Below the pieces are notes generated by a model that ran no database searches, was not told where the DNA came from, and worked only from the letters and a program-made list of their open reading frames with translations. This document shows, in pieces, positions 56,535-64,000 of a DNA stretch of 64,000 nucleotides. How positions within the stretch are numbered: the first letter of the stretch is position 1; each line of letters begins with the position of its first letter. The stretch covers positions 232,107 through 296,106 of the forward strand of contig CAKPLN010000002.1 in NCBI GenBank assembly GCA_934167665.1, given 5' to 3'. Source of the stretch: an uncultured Bacilli bacterium. Its GTDB lineage: Bacteria; Bacillota_I; Bacilli_A; RF39; UBA660. The translations under genes were made by a program, and so were the position numbers.

Positions 56535-58247
56535 ATGGTAATGCAACAGTATTTGATAATAGGTTCTGCTTGTGCTATTGCACTTGTAATTGTTATTGTC
56601 ATACTTCACTTTATTAGGGGTTGTGAAACAAAGTATTATAAAGATAAAATTAAGAACTTAGAAACTCAGCGCAATGTTGTTGCGAGTACACCAGTATTGT
56701 TAGAATTAACTAAGGTAGAGCCTATTATTAAGAATGATAGGATGGAAGAAAAATATAATAGATGGCAAGATGATTTTATTAAATTAAAAGAAAATAGATT
56801 AACTCTTATAGATGATATGTTAATTGACTTAGATATTTTTGTTGATAAACGAGATTATAAATCTTGTTATTACCGCATGGCTAAAGTAGAAATGGAAATT
56901 TATAAGGTTAAAGAAGCTGCTGATCATATTTTAGGTGAAATTAAAGACATTACGTTAAGTGAAGAAAAATATCGTTCTATTGTAACTAAGTTAAAAACGA
57001 AATATCGTGTTTTGAATAAAGAATTTCAAGATCATAAGGCTATGTATGAAGAAATGGCTGATTCTATATCTTTACAACTTGAAAATATTGAAAAACGTTT
57101 CTTGGATTTTGAAAAGGTTATGGAAAATAACGATTACAATGAAGTCTCTCATATTGTTAAAGCACTTGATGCTATGATTGAACATATGGAGATAATTGTT
57201 AATGAAGTACCTGATGTATTATTAATGGCAAAGAAAGCTATTCCAAATAGAATTAAAGAAATTAAAATGACTTATGATGATATGCTTAAGCAAGAATTTC
57301 CTCTTGATTATTTAAATATTGATTATAACTTGGAAGAGATAGATAAAAATATAGAGGTTATTTTAGAAAAAGTTAGAGTTTTAAATCTTGAAGGATGTAT
57401 GTTTGATTTAAAAACTATGCTTGAGTATTTGGATTCATTATTTATTGATTTTGAAAAGGAAAGACTTTCACGTAAAGTGTATGAAGAAGTAGAAAATGAT
57501 TTTTCTAAAAAAATAGAAAAGACTAATAAATTGGTTAGTGATATTTATGCTCAACTTGATGATATAAAGCGATTGTATGACTTAAAAGAAGAAGATATTG
57601 AGACTATTCATAATGTTAATAAACAGTTAGTTATAATTAATGATGATTATAAAAATGTTGTTAATAAAGTTGAGGCCAAGTCTTCTCCATATTCAATTGT
57701 TAATAAAGAGATGGAAGATTTAACTGTAAGACTTAAGAATTTAGAAATTGATTTAGATAAGTCACTAAAATCTCTTGGAAATATGTATGATGATGAAGTT
57801 AGAGCTAGGGAACAACTTGATGAGATACAGATGTTTTTAAAACAGTGTAAAACAAAGATGAGAAGCTATAAGTTACCTATTATTACTGATAATTATTTTG
57901 TACAGTTATCAGAGGCTAATGAGGCTATTTTAGAGGTTATTAAAGAGTTAGAGAAAAAACCAATTGCTATATCAATATTAAATACTCGGGTTGATACAGC
58001 TAGAGATTTAGTTTTAAAACTTTATAATACTACTAATGATATGATTAGAACTGCTCAATGTGCAGAAATTGCTATTGTATATGGAAATAGATATAGGGTT
58101 TATAATGAGGTTGATGCTGGTCTTAATGAGGCTAGATCTAAATTCTATTTAGGTGATTATAAAAAGGCCCTTGATATAGCTATAAAGTCTATTTCTATTA
58201 TCGATAGTGATATTACTAATAAGTTATTTAATAGTGAAGGTTATTAG
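56535..58247 (+). CDS. ezrA: septation ring formation regulator EzrA
   Basis: N-terminal TM helix followed by about 540 aa of spectrin-like coiled coil. Size and neighbourhood (thiI, SASP) match Bacillus. Confidence 0.8.
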   Translation: MVMQQYLIIGSACAIALVIVIVILHFIRGCETKYYKDKIKNLETQRNVVASTPVLLELTKVEPIIKNDRMEEKYNRWQDDFIKLKENRLTLIDDMLIDLDIFVDKRDYKSCYYRMAKVEMEIYKVKEAADHILGEIKDITLSEEKYRSIVTKLKTKYRVLNKEFQDHKAMYEEMADSISLQLENIEKRFLDFEKVMENNDYNEVSHIVKALDAMIEHMEIIVNEVPDVLLMAKKAIPNRIKEIKMTYDDMLKQEFPLDYLNIDYNLEEIDKNIEVILEKVRVLNLEGCMFDLKTMLEYLDSLFIDFEKERLSRKVYEEVENDFSKKIEKTNKLVSDIYAQLDDIKRLYDLKEEDIETIHNVNKQLVIINDDYKNVVNKVEAKSSPYSIVNKEMEDLTVRLKNLEIDLDKSLKSLGNMYDDEVRAREQLDEIQMFLKQCKTKMRSYKLPIITDNYFVQLSEANEAILEVIKELEKKPIAISILNTRVDTARDLVLKLYNTTNDMIRTAQCAEIAIVYGNRYRVYNEVDAGLNEARSKFYLGDYKKALDIAIKSISIIDSDITNKLFNSEGY

Positions 58248-58255
58248 ATTATAAG

Positions 58256-58282
58256 AGGCATATTTAATGTGTGCCTTTTTTT
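58256..58282 (+). terminator. ezrA terminator
   Basis: AGGCATA-loop-TGTGCCT followed by T7. Confidence 0.6.
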
Positions 58283-58340
58283 GTCGTAGTTTGTATACTT
58301 TTTTATTATTTTATGCTAGTATATTGCTGGTGGTGGAAAT

Positions 58341-59528
58341 ATGGATAGAGTAATATTAATAAAGTATGGAGAACTTAGTACTAAGAAAGGGAACCGTAAT
58401 TTTTTTATAAATACTTTGTATAATAATGTTAAAAATAAATTAAAAAATTTTGATGTTAAAATTAGTAAAGATAGAGCTAGAATGTATATTGAATTTAGAG
58501 ATAATGAACTTGGTGATATAAAGAAAAATATAGATAAAGTTTTTGGAATACATAAGTATCATATTGCTTATATTGTTGATACTAATATTGATAGTATTAA
58601 AGAGAAGGCTTTAGATGTTATTAGTAAACTTAATTGTAAAACTTTTAAAGTTGAGACTAAGAGAAGTTTTAAAGCTTTTGAAATTGATAGTATGGAAATT
58701 AGTAGAGTAGTTGGTGGATATATACTAAAGAATACTGATAATCTTACTGTTGATGTTCATAATCCAGAAGTTGTTATTCAAATTGAGGTGCGTGAAGGAA
58801 ATAGCTATATTTATTTAAATAGTTATCAAGGATCTGGTGGTTATCCAGTTGGAACACAGCCTAAAGGTTTTTTAATGTTATCTGGAGGAATCGATTCACC
58901 TGTTGCTGGTTATTTGGCTATGAAGCGTGGTGTTTCTTTAGAGGCTGTTTATTTTGAGGCTATTCCTCATACTAGTTTAGAGGCTAGAAATAAAGTTATT
59001 TCTTTAACTAAAAAATTAGCTAGTTATACTAATAGTATTAATTTGCATATTGTTAATTTTACACCTATTCAAGAAGCTATTTATAAAAATTGTCGTGGTG
59101 ATTATTGTATTACTATTATGCGAAGAATGATGTATCGTATAATGGAAAAATTAGTAAAGTCACGTAATGGTTATGTTATTATTAATGGAGAATCTATTGG
59201 ACAAGTTGCTAGTCAAACTTTAGTTAGTATGTCTGTAATTAACTCTGTTACTAATGTTCCTGTTATTAGACCTGTTGCTTGTCTTGATAAGTTAGAAATA
59301 ATTGATATTGCTAAAAAGATTGATACGTATGAAACTAGTATATTACCATTTGAAGATTGTTGTACTGTTTTTGTACCAAAACATCCTGTTATTAATCCTA
59401 AATTAAGTACTGCTGAATTTGAAGAAAATAAATTTGATTATAATAGTATGATTGATGAAGCTGTTGCTAGTATTAATACTATTAAAGTAGTTGATGAAGT
59501 AGAAAAAGAATTTAGTGATTTGTTATAA
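58341..59528 (+). CDS. thiI: tRNA 4-thiouridine(8) synthase ThiI
   Basis: THUMP-like N-terminal region and PP-loop LSGGIDSPVA. 395 aa, so no rhodanese domain. Confidence 0.92.
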   Translation: MDRVILIKYGELSTKKGNRNFFINTLYNNVKNKLKNFDVKISKDRARMYIEFRDNELGDIKKNIDKVFGIHKYHIAYIVDTNIDSIKEKALDVISKLNCKTFKVETKRSFKAFEIDSMEISRVVGGYILKNTDNLTVDVHNPEVVIQIEVREGNSYIYLNSYQGSGGYPVGTQPKGFLMLSGGIDSPVAGYLAMKRGVSLEAVYFEAIPHTSLEARNKVISLTKKLASYTNSINLHIVNFTPIQEAIYKNCRGDYCITIMRRMMYRIMEKLVKSRNGYVIINGESIGQVASQTLVSMSVINSVTNVPVIRPVACLDKLEIIDIAKKIDTYETSILPFEDCCTVFVPKHPVINPKLSTAEFEENKFDYNSMIDEAVASINTIKVVDEVEKEFSDLL

Positions 59529-59597
59529 TTTTCCAGTTGAATTTAGGTATTAAAATTTAATTTTTTCACAACCTATTAGTGTATAGGAGGTGAAACA

Positions 59598-59813
59598 ATG
59601 AACAATACAAAGAATTCTTCTATGAAAATGAGAGTTCCAGGTGCTAAACAAGCTATCGATAAGATGAAATACGAAATCGCTAACGAATTTGGTGTTAATC
59701 TAGGAGCTGATGCAACCAGTCGTGCCAATGGTACAGTTGGTGGTGAAATCACTAGACGTTTAGTACAAAATGGTTTAAATCAAGTAAGTGGAAGCTATAA
59801 TACAAACAAATAA
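59598..59813 (+). CDS. alpha/beta-type small acid-soluble spore protein
   Basis: [10 protein letters not shown] and [17 protein letters not shown] signatures. Confidence 0.92.
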   Translation: MNNTKNSSMKMRVPGAKQAIDKMKYEIANEFGVNLGADATSRANGTVGGEITRRLVQNGLNQVSGSYNTNK

Positions 59814-59828
59814 GTTATCTTATAGCTT

Positions 59829-59858
59829 AAAAGATAGGTAAAGCCTATCTTTTTTTTG
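59829..59858 (+). terminator. SASP gene terminator
   Basis: AAGATAGG-taaag-CCTATCTT followed by T7. Confidence 0.75.
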
Positions 59859-59918
59859 CTTTTATTATCATACACCTTGTAGTATAATATTAATAGGTTT
59901 TAGAAATGAGGGAGTACT

Positions 59919-61100
59919 ATGAAAATTTTGTCTATTAATGCGGGGAGTAGTTCTTTAAAATTTTGCTTGTTTAATATGAATGACGATAGTGTTATTGCTA
60001 AGGGACAATTTGAACGTATTGGGATTGAAGGTAGTTTTTATACAATTAAATTTAATTCTGAAAAAATTACACAAGAAGTTGAAATGCCAACGCATTTAGA
60101 AGCTGTTAATATTTTACTTGAAAAATTAGTAGCTTTAGAAATTATTCAATCACTTTATGAAATACATGGTGTTGGTCATAGAATTGTACAAGGTAAAGAT
60201 GTTTTTGATAAATCTGTTGTTATTAATGATGATGTAATGGAGAAGTTAGAGACTATTAAAAATTTTGCACCATTACATAATCCGGCTAATATGCTTGGAA
60301 TAGAAGCTTTTAGAAAGGCTTTGCCTGATGCTGTTCAAGTGGCTGTATTTGATACAGCATTTCATCAAACAATGGATGAGGAAGCTTATTTGTATCCTGT
60401 CCCTTATAAATGGTATAGTGATTATGGTGTTAGAAAATATGGAGCTCATGGTACTAGTCATAGATATATTGCTTTACAAGTTAAAAAAATATTAGGTACT
60501 TCGGAATTTCGTTTGATAAGTTGTCATATTGGTAATGGTGGTTCTATTACCGCTATAAAAGATGGTAAATGTGTTGATACATCAATGGGATTTACACCAT
60601 TAGCTGGTATAATGATGGGAAGTCGTTCTGGTGATATAGATCCTTCAATTATTCCTTATGTTATGGAGCAAGAGGGTAAAAATGCTGGCGAAATTATTGA
60701 TGATTTAAATAGACGTAGTGGTTTATTAGGACTTAGTGAATGTAGTAGTGATATGCGTGATGTTATTGCAAAATGTGAACAAAATGATGAAAAGGCGCTT
60801 AGAGCTAAAAATAAATATGTTCGTAGAATTGTTGATTATATAGCACAGTATTATGTATTACTTGGTGGTGCTGATGTTTTAGTTTTTACTGCTGGTGTTG
60901 GAGAAAATAATGCTTTAATCCGTAAAGAAGTTTGTGCTAGACTAGAATGCTTAGGAGTAAAAATAGATGATGAACGCAATAATACGACAGGTGAAACTAG
61001 AAAGATTAGTTCTAATGATTCACTTATTGATGTCTATGTAATACCTACAGATGAAGAGTTGATGATTGCTAAAGATACGTTTAATTTAATTAATAGATAG
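59919..61100 (+). CDS. ackA: acetate kinase
   Basis: ILSINAGSSSLKF, the HRIVQG-type region and the CHIGNGGSI motif. Confidence 0.95.
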   Translation: MKILSINAGSSSLKFCLFNMNDDSVIAKGQFERIGIEGSFYTIKFNSEKITQEVEMPTHLEAVNILLEKLVALEIIQSLYEIHGVGHRIVQGKDVFDKSVVINDDVMEKLETIKNFAPLHNPANMLGIEAFRKALPDAVQVAVFDTAFHQTMDEEAYLYPVPYKWYSDYGVRKYGAHGTSHRYIALQVKKILGTSEFRLISCHIGNGGSITAIKDGKCVDTSMGFTPLAGIMMGSRSGDIDPSIIPYVMEQEGKNAGEIIDDLNRRSGLLGLSECSSDMRDVIAKCEQNDEKALRAKNKYVRRIVDYIAQYYVLLGGADVLVFTAGVGENNALIRKEVCARLECLGVKIDDERNNTTGETRKISSNDSLIDVYVIPTDEELMIAKDTFNLINR

Positions 61101-61110
61101 GAAATGAAAA

Positions 61111-62073
61111 ATGTACAAGAGAATTTTTAAGGAAATAAAAAAATATAATACAATTGTAATTGCTAGGCATATTGGGGTAGATCCAGATGCAATGGCTAGT
61201 CAGGTAGCACTTAGAGATTCAATTAAATTGACTTTTCCAGAAAAAAATGTTTATGCCATAGGAACGGGAAGTGCTAAGTTTACTTTTTTGGGTAAATTAG
61301 ATAAAGTAGAAAAATTTAATAATGCTTTATTAATTGTTACTGATACACCTGATAAAAGAAGAGTTGATACTGCTGATGTTTCACAATTTGCTTACTCAAT
61401 TAAGATTGATCATCATCCATTTATTGAGAAATTTTGTGACTTGGAATTAATTGAAGATACAGCTAGTTCTGCTTGTGAAATTATTATGAAGCTTATTTTA
61501 GAGACTAAATTAGCTTGTAATGAATCAATCGCTAAACTTCTTTTTATGGGACTTGTTTCTGATTCTAATCGCTTTTTGTTCAATTCTTGTACTGCTTCTA
61601 CTTTTGCTTTAGTTTCGCATTTTTTAGGTGAGTATAAGTTTGATATTACACCTTTATACCAAAAATTATATGCGAGACCTCTTAATGAAGTTAGATTAGA
61701 AGGTTATATATTATTAAATATGGTTGTTACTGAAAACGCTTTAGGATATATAAAAATAACTGATGATATTATAAATAAGTTTGAAGTTGATAGTGCTGCA
61801 GCTGGTAATATGGTTAATAACTTTAATTTTATCAATGAGGTTTTGGTTTGGGCTACTATTACCGAAGATGTTAAAAACGATCAGATACGTGTTTCTATTC
61901 GATCTAGAGGACCTAGTATTAATCAGATTGCTGAAAAATACCATGGTGGTGGTCATAAACAGGCCTCTGGAGCAAAATTAAAGACGTTTGATGAAGCTAT
62001 GAATTTAATGAAGGATTTGGATGATTTTTTAAAAGAGTATAAAGAAAGTGAGGAAAGTTGCAATGGTGATTAA
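61111..62073 (+). CDS. nrnA: DHH family phosphoesterase (NrnA-type oligoribonuclease / pAp phosphatase)
   Basis: DPDAMAS, IKIDHHPF (DHH) and GGGHKQASGA (DHHA1) motifs. Confidence 0.85.
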   Translation: MYKRIFKEIKKYNTIVIARHIGVDPDAMASQVALRDSIKLTFPEKNVYAIGTGSAKFTFLGKLDKVEKFNNALLIVTDTPDKRRVDTADVSQFAYSIKIDHHPFIEKFCDLELIEDTASSACEIIMKLILETKLACNESIAKLLFMGLVSDSNRFLFNSCTASTFALVSHFLGEYKFDITPLYQKLYARPLNEVRLEGYILLNMVVTENALGYIKITDDIINKFEVDSAAAGNMVNNFNFINEVLVWATITEDVKNDQIRVSIRSRGPSINQIAEKYHGGGHKQASGAKLKTFDEAMNLMKDLDDFLKEYKESEESCNGD

Positions 62074-62659
62074 AGAGGCAAACTTGGATATTATTGCGGC
62101 ACGAAGGAGTCAATATCCAGATGGTGATAAACCGGAATTTTTATTAGTAGGTAGAAGTAATGTTGGGAAAAGTAGTTTTATAAATTCTATTTTGTCTAGA
62201 AAAAATTTAGCTCATACATCAGCTAAGCCTGGTAAGACACAAACACTTAATTTTTATGGGGTTAATGACAGCTTTTATTTAATTGATGTTCCAGGATATG
62301 GTTATGCATCTACTGATAAAAAGACCCAAGCTAAATTTGGTATGATGATAGAAGAATATCTTCAGAAAAGGGATAATTTACTTAGAGTATTTATGTTAAT
62401 AGATTTTAGAATTAAACCTACAGAGGATGATTTATTAATGTATAACTTCTTAAAGTATTATAATTTACCTGTTACAGTTATTGCTACTAAGGCTGATAAA
62501 ATTAGTGGAAGTAAAAAACAACATAATTTAAAGTTGATATTAGATACACTTGATTTAGTAGTAGGAGATGATTTAATAGTCTTTTCTAGTGTTACTAAAC
62601 TTGGTGTAAAAGATGTTTTAAAAAAGATTGAAGGCTTGATAGAAGGGGAAACTATCTAG
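62063..62659 (+). CDS. engB: ribosome biogenesis GTP-binding protein YsxC/EngB
   Basis: GRSNVGKSS (G1), DVPGYGY (G3) and TKADK (G4). ATG at 62063 follows GTGAGGAAAG. Confidence 0.9.
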   Translation: MVIKEANLDIIAARRSQYPDGDKPEFLLVGRSNVGKSSFINSILSRKNLAHTSAKPGKTQTLNFYGVNDSFYLIDVPGYGYASTDKKTQAKFGMMIEEYLQKRDNLLRVFMLIDFRIKPTEDDLLMYNFLKYYNLPVTVIATKADKISGSKKQHNLKLILDTLDLVVGDDLIVFSSVTKLGVKDVLKKIEGLIEGETI

Positions 62660-62692
62660 GCCTTTTTTCATATATTATATTGGGTGAAAATA

Positions 62693-63145
62693 ATGAAGAT
62701 TGTGATTATTTCTTCTGAGGAATTTTTTGTTTTTGTTAATTCTGTGTATGCTAAAATTTCGGATTATAGTGATAAAGAAGAAATAATTGATGTTACTAAA
62801 AGTATTATATCTAAAATAAGTACGCGTCTTAGAATGAGAGGATTTTATAAAATAAAAGTACTTGTAGATCCTGTTGTTGGACTATTTATCGAAGGAGTAC
62901 AATTAGAAAATTTGGAAAGAGTTAATGCAGTAGATTTACGTGTTATTGTTTATTTTAATGAAGATATTTATTTTAAGACTTCTGACTATTTTATAATAGG
63001 TGATGTTCCTAACGTTAGATATTTTGATGGAGATTATTATTGTTTGACTAGGGATATTCCGGATATAAATAAAGTTATAGAATTTGGAGAGTTTGTATAT
63101 GGATCTTCTATTTTAAAGATGCTTTATAATAGTTCTTTTGTGTAA
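62693..63145 (+). CDS. hypothetical protein
   Basis: 150-aa ORF with no confident family. Any resemblance to MecA-type adaptors is too weak to call. Confidence 0.4.
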   Translation: MKIVIISSEEFFVFVNSVYAKISDYSDKEEIIDVTKSIISKISTRLRMRGFYKIKVLVDPVVGLFIEGVQLENLERVNAVDLRVIVYFNEDIYFKTSDYFIIGDVPNVRYFDGDYYCLTRDIPDINKVIEFGEFVYGSSILKMLYNSSFV

Positions 63146-63190
63146 TGATTAAGTTTTTTATATAAATAAAAATGATACCTTAGTATCATT

Positions 63191-64000
63191 TTATATGACA
63201 ATAGCAATCATGTTATTTGAACCTTTATTTACTACTTTTGATAGTGTTGTTTGTAGTTTAAATCTTATATTGTCAGGCATAAGATTTATTTTTGATTGAA
63301 TTCCTTCTTGAACAATGGAGTCTAAGCTTCTACCAAATATTTCACTTTTCCATATTTCATTAGGGTTTTTATCATGATCTTTCATAATGTAATCAATTAA
63401 TTCTTTGCTTTGAACTTCACTACCAATAATTGGTTCAAATGTGGATTCAACATCTACTCTAATCATATGAATAGATGGTGCCACAGCTTTTAATTTTACA
63501 CCATATCTTGGCCCTTGTTTTATAATTTCTGGTTTATCTAATTTCATATCTTCAATTGATGGGGTAGCGACGCCATATCCTGTTTGTTTTACCATTTTTA
63601 GAGCATATTTTATTTGATCGTATTCTCTTTTGGCTGTATTGAATTCTTGGAATAGGGCTAGTAAATCAGCCTTATTTTTGACATCTATTTTTATTATATC
63701 AGTTAGGGTTTTATTATATAAATCGGCTGGAGCCGTTAGATTCACTGTTATGATACCTGTTGAAGGATCTACATCTGATAGATAACTTTTTTCAATCATA
63801 TCATTAGATAGAAAATGAGTTATTATATTATCTATATCTTTTAATTTATCTATTTCTACAACACTTTCTTTAATAGATGAGATGTAACTTTTTTTGACTG
63901 GATGATCTGGATTTAAAATAGCTATCCATTCTGGCATATTTACTTTTATTTCTAGTACTGGAAATTCATATAGAGCTTCTTTTAAAATATTATACATATC
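63191..64000 (-). CDS. spoIVA: stage IV sporulation protein A, C-terminal part (partial; continues beyond the window)
   Basis: YEFPVLEIKVNMPEWI, KMVKQTGYGVATP, VKLKAVAPSIHMIRVDVES and a C-terminal ...MIAIVI closely parallel B. subtilis SpoIVA. Confidence 0.9.
   Translation of the reverse strand, partial: DMYNILKEALYEFPVLEIKVNMPEWIAILNPDHPVKKSYISSIKESVVEIDKLKDIDNIITHFLSNDMIEKSYLSDVDPSTGIITVNLTAPADLYNKTLTDIIKIDVKNKADLLALFQEFNTAKREYDQIKYALKMVKQTGYGVATPSIEDMKLDKPEIIKQGPRYGVKLKAVAPSIHMIRVDVESTFEPIIGSEVQSKELIDYIMKDHDKNPNEIWKSEIFGRSLDSIVQEGIQSKINLMPDNIRFKLQTTLSKVVNKGSNNMIAIVI

Noticed and set aside
56427-56609. 60-aa minus-strand ORF overlapping the ezrA start and the rpsD promoter region
   Set aside because: No RBS and implausible composition. 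The region is better explained by the divergent rpsD promoter and the ezrA 5' end.

Overview
A 64 kb chromosomal segment from a very AT-rich, spore-forming Bacillota genome. Sporulation markers are the SpoIVA C-terminus, an alpha/beta SASP, a Cse60-like small ORF and a Coat F protein. The ezrA-thiI-SASP and tyrS/rpsD neighbourhoods look Bacillus-like, so this may be an Erysipelotrichia-like lineage; that placement is inference only. Most of the window is housekeeping: mtnN, cdaA-cdaR, an S41 protease, fhs, an NfeD/SPFH pair, a radical SAM protein, a VanY-type peptidase, GH31, T-box-controlled leuS and tyrS, trmB, rpsD, ezrA, thiI, ackA, nrnA and engB. I saw no rRNA, tRNA or CRISPR array by eye. 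Six accessory or unusual regions stand out. (1) 48.5-55.5 kb holds a compact type VIIb-like secretion locus: essC, a YukD/EsaB-like gene and six small helical proteins, three with a centrally placed W-x-G. No EssA, EssB or EsaA is present in the window, and the locus sits between tyrS and rpsD. (2) 31.9-35.0 kb holds two tandem, mosaic paralogs of large proteins (about 465 aa) with a type IV prepilin-like N-terminus and no assembly genes nearby. (3) 36.7-39.6 kb holds an IS256-family element plus a truncated second copy, bracketing a surface-protein gene. The whole unit is flanked by a 7-bp direct repeat and sits inside a bidirectional terminator. (4) 16.6-18.6 kb holds a sortase next to a putative thioester-domain adhesin with a non-canonical C-terminal tail. 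(5) Both T-box leaders control an extra gene ahead of the synthetase. (6) 0-5.4 kb is a decayed mobile-element or prophage remnant with a nonsense-disrupted serine recombinase and a frameshifted P-loop ATPase. All functional calls rest on motif recognition by eye. No database search was run.
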